Below, one piece after another: positions 24,533-34,680 of a stretch of DNA of 64,000 nt. A program made the translations under genes and the position numbers. This stretch comes from Escherichia coli (lineage in GTDB: Bacteria; Pseudomonadota; Gammaproteobacteria; Enterobacterales; Enterobacteriaceae): the NCBI RefSeq assembly GCF_048403405.1, contig NZ_CP183129.1. The stretch is one strand, 5' to 3'. Under the pieces are notes generated by a model that saw only the letters and a list, made by a program, of their open reading frames with translations, did no database searches and was not told the origin of the DNA. Positions within the stretch are counted from its first letter, which is position 1. Each line of letters begins with the position of its first letter.

Positions 24533-27500
24533 ATGAGTGTGGCGACATTACGTGAACTGATTATTAAAATCTCGGCAAATTCCCGGTCATTCCAGTCAGA
24601 GATCTCCCGGGCTTCGCGTATGGGGCAGGATTACTACCGTACCATGCAGAACGGAGGCCGGCAGTCCGCTGCTGCATCCCGTGAAATGCGGCGTGCACTG
24701 GCAGAAGTGACGGATCAGATAAATACAGCTAAATCTTCGGCACTGAATATGGCGGGGGCATTTGCCGGGGCTTTTGCTACCGGTCATCTTATTTCTTTCG
24801 CCGATGAGTGGAATTCAGTAAATGCCCGTCTGAAGCAGGCCTCACAGTCCAGTGATGATTTTCAGGCATCACAGCGTGAATTAATGGCGATCAGCCAGAG
24901 AACGGGGACGGCGTTTTCTGATAACGCCAGCCTTTTTGCCCGTTCTGCAGCTTCCATGCGGGAGTATGGTTACAGTTCTGAGGAGGTACTGAAAGTCACC
25001 GAGGCGATCTCCACGGGCCTGAAATTATCCGGTGCCAGTACAGCAGAAGCCAGTTCGGTGATCACGCAGTTCAGTCAGGCACTGGCGCAGGGAGTGCTGC
25101 GCGGTGAAGAGTTTAACTCGGTGAATGAGAACGGCGATCGTGTTATTCGTGCGCTGGCTGCGGGAATGGGGGTTGCCCGTAAGGATCTGAAGGCCATGGC
25201 GGATAACGGAAAGTTGACCGCCGATAAGGTTGTTCCTGCACTGATTAGTCAGCTTGGGGCATTACGTGATGAATATGCGGCAATGCCTGATACGGTTTCA
25301 TCCTCTGCAACCAAAGTTGAAAACGCCTTTATGGCCTGGGTTGGTGGTGCGAACGAGGCAAGCGGAGTGACGAAGACGCTCTCCGGTGTGCTGAATGGTA
25401 TTGCAGGCAATATTGACACTGTGGCAACCGCTGCCGGTGCTCTGGTTGCCGTCGGGGTAGCCCGATATTTTGGCAATATGGCGTCATCTGCTGGATCTGC
25501 AACTGCCGGATTAATTACTGCAGCCAGAAACGAAGTGGCTCTTGCGGAAGCGCAGCTCCGGGGGACACAGATAGCAACAGCCAGGGCGCGTGCGGCGGTT
25601 TATCGTGCGCAACAGGCGGTTGTTGCTGCTCGCGGTACCGAAAGGCAGGCAGCCGCAGAAGCGAAACTGGCTGCTGCCCAGGCATCACTTACCCGTAATA
25701 TTGCGGCCAGAACAGCAGCACAGACAACGCTGAATACTGTCACGTCAGTGGGAAGTCGTCTGTTAAGTGGAGCACTGGGACTGGTTGGTGGGGTGCCGGG
25801 GCTTGTCATGCTGGGGGCCGCGGCCTGGTACACGATGTATCAGAATCAGGAGCAGGCCAGAGAATCTGCACGCCAGTATGCCGCAACAATCGACGAAATT
25901 CGCCAGAAAACGTCGGCAATGTCGCTTCCTGAAGCGTCAGATAATGAGGAAAAGACGCGGCAGGCACTTGATGAGCAAAACAGGTTAATTGACGAGCAGA
26001 AAAGTAAGATTAAATCCTTACAGGAAAAAATTGCTGGCTATCAGTATGTGCTGGCAAACCCGGGCTGGACAACCGATAACGGTTTTATGATTAACCACAT
26101 GACGTCGGTAAAAACAGTCACAGAAGGGCTTGCAGAAGCAACAAATCAACTGGCAGTTGAACAGTCCCGTCTCACACAAATGCAGGGCAAAGCGCAATCC
26201 ATTCAGGATGTGCTTGCCGGGCTGGAGGAGCGACGGGTGGCGTTGATCCGTCAACAGGCCGCGGAACAAAACAAAGCGTATCAGTCCCTGTTGATCATGA
26301 ATGGGCAGCATACCGAGTTTAATCGCCTTCTCGGGCTCGGTAATGAATTACTTCAGCAGCGACAGGGGCTGGTGAATGTACCGTTACGGCTACCACAGGC
26401 AACCCTGGATGATAAACAGCAGACTGCACTGAATAACAGCGAGCGCGAACTGGCTCTGTCCCGCCTGAAGGGGGAAGCCCGTGAGCGTGCCCGCCTGGGT
26501 TATGCTGCGGATGATCTCGGCTTTGTGGGAGAGGCGTATCAGACAGCCAGGCAGAATTATATCAATAACTCACTGGATGCCTGGCGAAATAACCAGGCAA
26601 ATAAACCCAAAGCGCATAAAAAGACCGAAGCGGAAAAAACAGAAGATATTTATAAACGGCTGATTAAACAGCAAAAAGAACAAATAGCACTGGCAGGGCA
26701 GAATACTGAACTGGCTAAGATGAAATATCAGGTCAGTCAGGGCGAATTATCAACCCTGTCAGAAGCGCAGAAAAAAACGCTTTTGCAGAATGCAGCACTC
26801 ATCGACCAGAAAAAGATTCGTGAGCAGCTTGCTGCGTATGAGAGCAGTCTGGCGGACAGTAATGCCAGTGCCCGGGCATCTGACGAAGCGCAGTTGCTGG
26901 GATATGGTGAAGGCTCACGGATGCGTGAACGACTCCAGGAAATGTGGAGTATCCGGCAGGCGTTTGAGCAGAAAAATAACGAGCTGCTGAGACAGTATCA
27001 GGCCGGAGAAATTGAAGAAGCCCTGTGGAAACAGGAGAAAGAACTGAATAAAAAATATCTGGAAGAGCGTCTCAGTGATCAGCAGGATTATTATGCAAAG
27101 GCCGATGCTTTACGTAATAACTGGAATGCCGGACTCCAGGAGGGACTGACCAACTGGGCAGACAGTGCCACCGATTATGCTTCACAGGCGGCAGATGCTG
27201 TCGTTTCCACTATGGACGGGCTGGTATCAAATATTTCCGATGCACTGGCCGGAAATGTTGTGGACTGGAGAAACTGGGGGAGTTCAATTCTCCAGGAAGT
27301 TTCAAAAATTCTGATGAACGCTGCCATCGTTAACGGGCTGAAGTCACTTTCCAAAAGCATGTCCGGTGCCGGAGGATGGCTTGGTACAGTCGGCGACTGG
27401 CTTTCCGGTGCAGTGGCAAACGCAAAAGGTGGTGTTTATACATCGGCAAATCTGAGTGCTTACAGTAACACCATTGTGGATACCCCGACGTATTTTGCTT

Positions 27501-27778
27501 TTGCGAAAGGTGCCGGGCTGATGGGCGAGGCCGGGCCTGAAGCTATCATGCCACTGACTCGGGCAGCGGACGGCTCTCTTGGAGTCAGAGCCATTGGCAA
27601 TGTGAATGGTGGCGGTGGATTTGTTTATTCTCCCGTATATCACATCAGTATTCAGAATAAAGGGAGCAATGGCGAGATAGATACGCAGTCAGCCAAGGGA
27701 CTGGTGGATCTGATCGACAGCAGGGTTGTGTCAATTATGCAGTCATCACGTCGGGACGGAGGATTATGCAGTGCCTGA
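24533..27778 (+). CDS. Tail tape measure protein
   Basis: 1081 aa, coiled-coil rich. Confidence 0.85.
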   Translation: MSVATLRELIIKISANSRSFQSEISRASRMGQDYYRTMQNGGRQSAAASREMRRALAEVTDQINTAKSSALNMAGAFAGAFATGHLISFADEWNSVNARLKQASQSSDDFQASQRELMAISQRTGTAFSDNASLFARSAASMREYGYSSEEVLKVTEAISTGLKLSGASTAEASSVITQFSQALAQGVLRGEEFNSVNENGDRVIRALAAGMGVARKDLKAMADNGKLTADKVVPALISQLGALRDEYAAMPDTVSSSATKVENAFMAWVGGANEASGVTKTLSGVLNGIAGNIDTVATAAGALVAVGVARYFGNMASSAGSATAGLITAARNEVALAEAQLRGTQIATARARAAVYRAQQAVVAARGTERQAAAEAKLAAAQASLTRNIAARTAAQTTLNTVTSVGSRLLSGALGLVGGVPGLVMLGAAAWYTMYQNQEQARESARQYAATIDEIRQKTSAMSLPEASDNEEKTRQALDEQNRLIDEQKSKIKSLQEKIAGYQYVLANPGWTTDNGFMINHMTSVKTVTEGLAEATNQLAVEQSRLTQMQGKAQSIQDVLAGLEERRVALIRQQAAEQNKAYQSLLIMNGQHTEFNRLLGLGNELLQQRQGLVNVPLRLPQATLDDKQQTALNNSERELALSRLKGEARERARLGYAADDLGFVGEAYQTARQNYINNSLDAWRNNQANKPKAHKKTEAEKTEDIYKRLIKQQKEQIALAGQNTELAKMKYQVSQGELSTLSEAQKKTLLQNAALIDQKKIREQLAAYESSLADSNASARASDEAQLLGYGEGSRMRERLQEMWSIRQAFEQKNNELLRQYQAGEIEEALWKQEKELNKKYLEERLSDQQDYYAKADALRNNWNAGLQEGLTNWADSATDYASQAADAVVSTMDGLVSNISDALAGNVVDWRNWGSSILQEVSKILMNAAIVNGLKSLSKSMSGAGGWLGTVGDWLSGAVANAKGGVYTSANLSAYSNTIVDTPTYFAFAKGAGLMGEAGPEAIMPLTRAADGSLGVRAIGNVNGGGGFVYSPVYHISIQNKGSNGEIDTQSAKGLVDLIDSRVVSIMQSSRRDGGLCSA

Positions 27779-28112
27779 GTCTGAAGTTTTTAACTGGATC
27801 CCCCGCGAGGGGATGGAGACGACACGAAAGCCATCTGTTATTACGGTAAAGTTCGGTGACGGATATGAACAGCGACGGGCTGGTGGTCTGAATGCAGATC
27901 TGAAAACGTTTAAACCGGTATTTCGTGTCACGGATGAATATTCCCGTGCCGCGCTGGACAGTTTTTTATCCCGTCATGCCGGGGTTCGTGCTTTTTTGTG
28001 GCGTCCGCCAAAACACAACAGGACTGTCCGGGTTGTCTGCAGGGAGTGGAGCATTTCGGATAATGCCATGTATACCGATTTTAACTGTACCTTTGAAGAG
28101 GTCACTCACTGA
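27771..28112 (+). CDS. Minor tail protein M
   Basis: GTG 27771 with GGAGGA upstream; resembles lambda gpM (FGDGY.QR...LN). Confidence 0.75.
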   Translation: MPESEVFNWIPREGMETTRKPSVITVKFGDGYEQRRAGGLNADLKTFKPVFRVTDEYSRAALDSFLSRHAGVRAFLWRPPKHNRTVRVVCREWSISDNAMYTDFNCTFEEVTH

Positions 28113-28810
28113 TGCAGGATATACAGCAGGAAACACTCAATGAGTGCACTAAAACGGAGCAATCCGCGCTGGTCGTGCTCTGGGAAATTGATCTGACAGA
28201 GGTCGGCGGAGATCGTTATTTCTTCTGTAATGAGCAGAACGAAAAAGGTGAACCAGTCACCTGGCAGGGGCGGCAGTATCAGGCCTATCCCATTCAGGGA
28301 AGTGGATTTGAGATGAACGGCAAAGGAGCCAGTGCAAGGCCAACGCTGAAAGTCTCTAATCTGCACGGCATGGTCACCGGGATGGCGGAAGACCTGCAGA
28401 GTCTGGTCGGCGGAACGGTGGTCAGGCGTAAGGTTTACGCCCGTTTTCTGGATGTGGTGAACTTCGTCAACGGAAACAGCGAAGCCGATCCAGAGCAGGA
28501 GGTGATCAGCCGCTGGCGCATCGAGCAGTGCAGCGAACTGAGCGCGGTGAGTGCCTCTTTTGTACTGTCCACGCCGACGGAAACGGATGGTGCTGTTTTT
28601 CCGGGACGTACCATGCTGGCCAACACCTGCACCTGGACCTATCGCGGTGATGAGTGCGGTTATCACGGTCCGGCGGTTGCGGATGAATATGACCAGCCGA
28701 CGTCCGATATCACGAAGGATAAATGCAGCAAATGCCTGAGTGGTTGTAAGTTCCGCAATAACGTCGGCAACTTTGGCGGCTTCCTTTCCATTAACAAACT
28801 TTCGCAGTAA
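28112..28810 (+). CDS. Minor tail protein L
   Basis: 232 aa, lambda gpL-like. Confidence 0.8.
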   Translation: MQDIQQETLNECTKTEQSALVVLWEIDLTEVGGDRYFFCNEQNEKGEPVTWQGRQYQAYPIQGSGFEMNGKGASARPTLKVSNLHGMVTGMAEDLQSLVGGTVVRRKVYARFLDVVNFVNGNSEADPEQEVISRWRIEQCSELSAVSASFVLSTPTETDGAVFPGRTMLANTCTWTYRGDECGYHGPAVADEYDQPTSDITKDKCSKCLSGCKFRNNVGNFGGFLSINKLSQ

Positions 28811-28814
28811 TCCC

Positions 28815-29558
28815 ATGACACAGACAGAATCAGCGATTCTGGCGCACGCTCGGCGATGTGCGCCAGCGGAATCGTGCGGCTTCGCGGTGAGAACGCCGGA
28901 GGGGGAAAGATATTTTCCCTGCGTGAATATCTCCGGTGAGCCGGAGGCGTATTTCCGGATGTCGCCGGAGGACTGGCTGCGGGCAGAGATGCAGGGTGAG
29001 ATTGTGGCGCTGGTCCACAGCCACCCCGGTGGTCTGCCCTGGCTGAGTGAGGCTGACAGGCGGCTGCAGGTGCAGAGCGATTTGCCTTGGTGGCTGGTCT
29101 GCCGGGGTGAGATTCATAAATTCCGCTGTGTGCCGCATCTTACCGGGCGGCGCTTTGAGCACGGGGTGACGGACTGTTACACGCTGTTCCGGGATGCTTA
29201 TCATCTGGCGGGGATTGAGATGCCGGATTTTCATCGCGGGGATGACTGGTGGCGTCACGGTCAGAATCTCTATCTGGATAATCTGGAGGCCACAGGGCTG
29301 TATCAGGTGCCGTTGTCAGCGGCGCAGCCGGGCGATGTGCTGCTGTGCTGTTTTGGTTCATCGGTGCCGAATCATGCCGCCATTTACTGTGGTGACGGCG
29401 AGCTGCTGCACCATATTCCTGAACAACTGAGCAAACGAGAGAGGTATACCGACAAATGGCAGCGACGCACACACTCCCTCTGGCGTCACCGGGCATGGCA
29501 CGCATCTGCCTTTACGGGGATTTGCAACGATTTGGCCGCCGCATCGACCTTCGTGTGA
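28815..29558 (+). CDS. Tail assembly protein K (JAB/MPN plus NlpC/P60)
   Basis: ATG 28815; HSHP metal motif and Cys/His hydrolase region. Confidence 0.8.
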   Translation: MTQTESAILAHARRCAPAESCGFAVRTPEGERYFPCVNISGEPEAYFRMSPEDWLRAEMQGEIVALVHSHPGGLPWLSEADRRLQVQSDLPWWLVCRGEIHKFRCVPHLTGRRFEHGVTDCYTLFRDAYHLAGIEMPDFHRGDDWWRHGQNLYLDNLEATGLYQVPLSAAQPGDVLLCCFGSSVPNHAAIYCGDGELLHHIPEQLSKRERYTDKWQRRTHSLWRHRAWHASAFTGICNDLAAASTFV

Positions 29559-30103
29559 AAACGGGGGCCGAAGCCATCCGGGCGCTGGCCACACAGCTCC
29601 CGGCGTTTCGTCAGAAACTGAATGACGGCTGGTATCAGGTGCGCATTGCCGGGCGTGATGCAGGTGAAACCGAATTATCTGCCCGTCTTAATGAGCCGCT
29701 GGCAAATGGTGCCGTGATCCATATCGTGCCGCGTCTGGCGGGAGCTAAAAGTGGCGGTGTGTTTCAGGTGGTGCTGGGGGCGGCGTTGATTGCGGTGGCA
29801 TGGTGGAACCCTGTGGGCTGGCTGGGTGCCGCGGCTGTATCGGGCATGTATGCGGCAGGGGCCAGTATGATCCTGGGCGGTGTGGCGCAGATGCTGGCAC
29901 CGAAAGCCAGGACGTCCACGGCAGCCAGTACAGATAACGGCAAACAGAACACCTATTTTTCCTCACTGGATAACATGGTTGCTCAGGGCAATGTTTTGCC
30001 TGTTCTGTACGGTGAAATGCGTGTGGGGTCGCGGGTAGTTTCTCAGGAGATCAGCACGGCAGACGAAGGGGACGGTGGTCAGGTTGTGGTGATTGGTCGC
30101 TGA
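29456..30103 (+). CDS. Tail assembly protein I
   Basis: Lambda gpI-like C-terminus; start uncertain (29456 or 29495). Confidence 0.7.
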   Translation: MAATHTLPLASPGMARICLYGDLQRFGRRIDLRVKTGAEAIRALATQLPAFRQKLNDGWYQVRIAGRDAGETELSARLNEPLANGAVIHIVPRLAGAKSGGVFQVVLGAALIAVAWWNPVGWLGAAAVSGMYAAGASMILGGVAQMLAPKARTSTAASTDNGKQNTYFSSLDNMVAQGNVLPVLYGEMRVGSRVVSQEISTADEGDGGQVVVIGR

Positions 30104-30163
30104 TGCAAAATGTTTTATGTGAAACCGCCTCCGGGCGGTTTTGTCGTTTATGGAGCATGACGA

Positions 30164-33100
30164 ATGGGTAAAGGCAGCAGTAAGGGGCATACCCCGCGCG
30201 AAGCGAAGGACAACCTGAAATCCACGCAGTTGCTGAGTGTGATTGATGCCATCAGTGAAGGGCCGATTGAAGGTCCGGTGGATGGATTAAAAAGCGTGCT
30301 GCTGAACAGTACGCCGGTGCTGGACACTGAGGGGAATACCAACATCTCCGGTGTCACGGTGGTGTTCCGGGCAGGTGAGCAGGAGCAGACTCCGCCGGAG
30401 GGATTTGAATCCTCCGGCTCCGAGACGGTGCTGGGTACGGAAGTGAAATATGACACGCCGATCACCCGGGCCATCACGTCGGCAAACATTGACCGACTGC
30501 GTTTTACCTTCGGCGTGCAGGCACTGGTGGAAACCACCTCAAAGGGGGACAGGAATCCGTCGGAAGTCCGCCTGCTGGTTCAGATACAACGTAACGGTGG
30601 CTGGGTGACGGAAAAAGACATCACCATTAAAGGCAAAACCACCTCACAGTATCTGGCCTCGGTGGTGGTGGGTAACCTGCCGCCGCGCCCGTTTAATATC
30701 CGGATGCGCAGGATGACGCCGGACAGCACCACAGACCAGCTGCAGAACAAAACGCTCTGGTCGTCATACACCGAAATCATCGATGTGAAACAGTGCTACC
30801 CGAACACGGCACTGGTCGGCGTGCAGGTGGACTCGGAGCAGTTCGGCAGCCAGCAGGTGAGCCGTAATTATCATCTTCGCGGGCGCATTCTGCAGGTGCC
30901 GTCGAACTATAACCCGCAGACGCGGCAATACAGCGGTATCTGGGACGGAACGTTTAAGCCAGCATACAGCAACAACATGGCATGGTGTCTGTGGGATATG
31001 CTGACCCACCCGCGCTACGGCATGGGGAAACGTCTTGGTGCGGCGGATGTGGATAAATGGGCGCTGTATGTCATCGGCCAGTACTGCGACCAGTCAGTGC
31101 CGGATGGCTTTGGTGGCACGGAGCCGCGCATCACCTGTAACGCTTACCTGACCACACAGCGCAAGGCGTGGGATGTGCTCAGTGATTTCTGCTCGGCGAT
31201 GCGCTGTATGCCGGTATGGAACGGGCAGACGCTGACGTTCGTGCAGGACCGACCGTCGGATAAGGTGTGGACCTATAACCGCAGTAATGTGGTGATGCCG
31301 GATGATGGCGCGCCGTTCCGCTACAGCTTCAGCGCCCTGAAGGACCGCCATAATGCCGTTGAGGTGAACTGGATTGACCCGGATAACGGCTGGGAGACGG
31401 CGACAGAGCTTGTGGAGGACACGCAGGCCATTGCCCGTTACGGTCGTAACGTCACGAAGATGGATGCCTTTGGCTGTACCAGTCGGGGGCAGGCACACCG
31501 CGCCGGGCTGTGGCTGATTAAAACAGAACTGCTGGAAACGCAGACCGTGGATTTCAGCGTCGGCGCAGAAGGGCTTCGCCATGTGCCGGGCGATGTCATT
31601 GAAATCTGTGATGATGACTATGCCGGTATCAGCACCGGTGGTCGCGTGCTGGCGGTGAACAGCCAGACCCGGACGCTGACGCTCGACCGTGAAATCATGC
31701 TGTCATCCTCCGGCACCACGCTGATAAGCCTGGTTGACGGAAGTGGGAATCCGGTCAGCGTGGAGGTCCAGTCCGTCACCGACGGCGTGAAGGTGAAAGT
31801 GAGCCGTATTCCTGACGGCGTTGCCGGATACAGCGTGTGGGGGCTGAAGCTGCCGACGCTGCGCCAGCGCCTGTTCCGCTGTGTGAGTATCCGGGAGAAC
31901 GATGACGGTGCGTATGCCATCACCGCCGTGCAGCATGTACCGGAAAAAGAGGCCATCGTGGATAACGGAGCGCACTTTGACGGCGACCAGAGCGGCACGG
32001 TGAATGGTGTCACGCCGCCAGCGGTGCAGCACCTGACCGCCGAAGTCACCGCAGACAGCGGGGAATATCAGGTGCTGGCGCGCTGGGACACGCCGAAGGT
32101 GGTGAAGGGCGTGAGCTTCCTGCTCCGTCTGACCGTAACAGCGGATGACGGCAGTGAGCGGCTGGTCAGCACGGCCCGGACGGCGGAAACCACTTACCGC
32201 TTCAGGCAGCTGGCGCTGGGGCGTTACACGCTGACGGTCCGGGCGGTAAATGCCCGGGGACAGCAGGGCGATCCGGCGTCGGTATCGTTCCGGATTAACG
32301 CACCTGCAAAACCCGCCACCATTGAGCTGACGCCGGGGTATTTTCAGATAACGGCGGTCCCGCGTCTTGCGGTGTATGACCCGACGGTACAGTTTGAATT
32401 CTGGTTCTCAGAAAAACGCATCACGAACACAGCACAGGTGGAAAAATCTGCCCGTTATCTGGGGACCGGCAGTCAGTGGACTGTCCAGGGGAGCCGGATT
32501 AAGCCGGGGACGGATTTCTGGTTTTACGTGCGAAGCGTCAACCTGGTGGGAAAATCTGCTTTTGTGGAAGCCAGCGGGCAGCCCAGCAATGATGGTGAAG
32601 GGTATCTGGAAATTTTCCGGGGGCTGATAGATGAGACGCTTCTGGGCCAGGCACTGAAAGAGCGCATTGATGCTTCAGCGCTGCGTACGGAGGTCACGCA
32701 ACTGGAAGAAGACATCCGTCAGCGGATGGACACGGATATCGCAGAAGTGACCCGGAAAATCGGGAAGGCGGAAAACAGCCTCACGCAGCTGGTTGCGAAA
32801 AAGAATGAGGACCAGACACTGGCCATCGCGCAGGTGAGCCAGAAAGTGGACCGGGTGAGCAGTGAAATCTCACAGACTGTCAGCCAGGGGCAGTCAGAAA
32901 ACGCCCGACAGATAGCACAGGTCCGCCAGTACGTGGATAAAAAAGGGAGTGAAATTACCTCGACCACGGATAAAAAGCTGGGTGACCAGGCCGTGACCAT
33001 ACAGCAAATCCAGCGGGTTCAGTCAGACACGCGCAATGAGCTGAATGCCATGTATATGCTGAAGGTGCAGAAAACAAAAAACGGTATTCCCTATGTGGCC

Positions 33101-33862
33101 GGGATTGGCGCGGGGATTGAGGATGTTGATGGTCAGACCCTGAGTAACATTCTGCTGCAGGCCGATCGCATTGCGATGATTACCCCGGAGAACGGCAACA
33201 CCACGCCGCTGTTTGTGGCGCAGGGGAATCAGCTGTTCATGAACGACGTGTTCCTGAAGCGACTGTTTGCGGTGAGCATCACGTCATCCGGCAATCCTCC
33301 GACGTTTTCCCTGACGCCGGATGGCAGGCTGACAGCCCGCAATGCGGATATCAGTGGAGCCATCATGGCGAATACCGGCACGCTCAATAATGTCACCATT
33401 AACAAGAACTGTGTCATCAGAGGGAAACTGTCTGCAAACCAGATTGAAGGCGATCTCGTTAAAACAGTGGGTAAGGCTTTCCCTCGTGACTCCCGTGCAC
33501 CGAAGCGTTGGCCATCAGGAACCATTACCGTCAGGGTTTATGACGATCAGCCGTTTAACCGGCAGATTGTTATTCCGGCGGTGGCTTTCAGCGGTGCCAG
33601 ACATGAGCGGGAGAACAGCGATACTTATTCGTCATGCCGCCTGATAGTGAAGAAAAACGGTGCTGAAATTTATAACCGTACCGCGATGGATAATACGCTG
33701 GTTTACAGTGGTGTTATTGATATGCCTGCTGGTCGCGGCGACATGACGCTGGAGTTTTCTGTATCAGCATGGTGGGTAAATGGCTGGTATCCCACAGCAA
33801 GTATCAGCGATTTGCTGGTTGTTGTGATGAAGAAAGCCACTGCAGGCATCACGATTAGCTGA
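30164..33862 (+). CDS. Host specificity protein J (central tail fibre)
   Basis: 1232 aa. Confidence 0.9.
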   Translation: MGKGSSKGHTPREAKDNLKSTQLLSVIDAISEGPIEGPVDGLKSVLLNSTPVLDTEGNTNISGVTVVFRAGEQEQTPPEGFESSGSETVLGTEVKYDTPITRAITSANIDRLRFTFGVQALVETTSKGDRNPSEVRLLVQIQRNGGWVTEKDITIKGKTTSQYLASVVVGNLPPRPFNIRMRRMTPDSTTDQLQNKTLWSSYTEIIDVKQCYPNTALVGVQVDSEQFGSQQVSRNYHLRGRILQVPSNYNPQTRQYSGIWDGTFKPAYSNNMAWCLWDMLTHPRYGMGKRLGAADVDKWALYVIGQYCDQSVPDGFGGTEPRITCNAYLTTQRKAWDVLSDFCSAMRCMPVWNGQTLTFVQDRPSDKVWTYNRSNVVMPDDGAPFRYSFSALKDRHNAVEVNWIDPDNGWETATELVEDTQAIARYGRNVTKMDAFGCTSRGQAHRAGLWLIKTELLETQTVDFSVGAEGLRHVPGDVIEICDDDYAGISTGGRVLAVNSQTRTLTLDREIMLSSSGTTLISLVDGSGNPVSVEVQSVTDGVKVKVSRIPDGVAGYSVWGLKLPTLRQRLFRCVSIRENDDGAYAITAVQHVPEKEAIVDNGAHFDGDQSGTVNGVTPPAVQHLTAEVTADSGEYQVLARWDTPKVVKGVSFLLRLTVTADDGSERLVSTARTAETTYRFRQLALGRYTLTVRAVNARGQQGDPASVSFRINAPAKPATIELTPGYFQITAVPRLAVYDPTVQFEFWFSEKRITNTAQVEKSARYLGTGSQWTVQGSRIKPGTDFWFYVRSVNLVGKSAFVEASGQPSNDGEGYLEIFRGLIDETLLGQALKERIDASALRTEVTQLEEDIRQRMDTDIAEVTRKIGKAENSLTQLVAKKNEDQTLAIAQVSQKVDRVSSEISQTVSQGQSENARQIAQVRQYVDKKGSEITSTTDKKLGDQAVTIQQIQRVQSDTRNELNAMYMLKVQKTKNGIPYVAGIGAGIEDVDGQTLSNILLQADRIAMITPENGNTTPLFVAQGNQLFMNDVFLKRLFAVSITSSGNPPTFSLTPDGRLTARNADISGAIMANTGTLNNVTINKNCVIRGKLSANQIEGDLVKTVGKAFPRDSRAPKRWPSGTITVRVYDDQPFNRQIVIPAVAFSGARHERENSDTYSSCRLIVKKNGAEIYNRTAMDNTLVYSGVIDMPAGRGDMTLEFSVSAWWVNGWYPTASISDLLVVVMKKATAGITIS

Positions 33863-33929
33863 ATTTTATAACCCATATACGGGCGCCAGAAATGGCGCCT
33901 TTTTTATTGCAGAAAAGCGAGAGGTAATT

Positions 33930-34529
33930 ATGCGTAAATTATGTGCAGCCATTTTGTCCGCAGCCATCTGTCTGTCCGTATCCGGTGCGCCTGCATGGGC
34001 GTCTGAACATCAGTCCACACTGAGCGCGGGGTATCTTCATGCCCGTACGAACGCTCCCGGCAGCGATAATCTGAACGGGATTAACGTGAAATACCGTTAT
34101 GAGTTTACGGACGCGCTGGGGCTGATTACGTCCTTCAGTTATGCCAATGCTGAGGATGAGCAAAAAACGCACTACAGCGATACCCGCTGGCATGAAGATT
34201 CCGTGCGTAACCGCTGGTTCAGCGTGATGGCGGGGCCGTCTGTACGCGTGAATGAATGGTTCAGCGCGTATGCGATGGTGGGTGTGGCTTACAGCCGTGT
34301 GTCGACTTTCTCCGGGGATTATCTCCGCGTAACTGACAACAAGGGGAAAACGCACGATGTGCTGACCGGAAGTGATGACGGTCGCCACAGCAACACGTCT
34401 CTGGCGTGGGGGGCTGGCGTGCAGTTTAACCCGACCGAATCCGTAACCATTGACCTTGCTTATGAAGGTTCCGGTAGTGGCGACTGGCGAACGGATGCAT
34501 TTATTGTTGGTATCGGATACCGTTTCTGA
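33930..34529 (+). CDS. lom: Lom/Ail-family outer-membrane beta-barrel (moron)
   Basis: Signal peptide, ends with aromatic YRF. Confidence 0.8.
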   Translation: MRKLCAAILSAAICLSVSGAPAWASEHQSTLSAGYLHARTNAPGSDNLNGINVKYRYEFTDALGLITSFSYANAEDEQKTHYSDTRWHEDSVRNRWFSVMAGPSVRVNEWFSAYAMVGVAYSRVSTFSGDYLRVTDNKGKTHDVLTGSDDGRHSNTSLAWGAGVQFNPTESVTIDLAYEGSGSGDWRTDAFIVGIGYRF

Positions 34530-34680
34530 CAACAGACGCCGATTTATCTTCTGTAAATATTGTTATGATACGCAGGTTCATCCACCTTATGGGGTGAACT
34601 GCGTTTGAGGAAACGTAAAGTTACACTGTCCTGAAGCCCGTGGCGTCACTGCTGCGGGCTTTTTTTATTGGTGGAAAAGT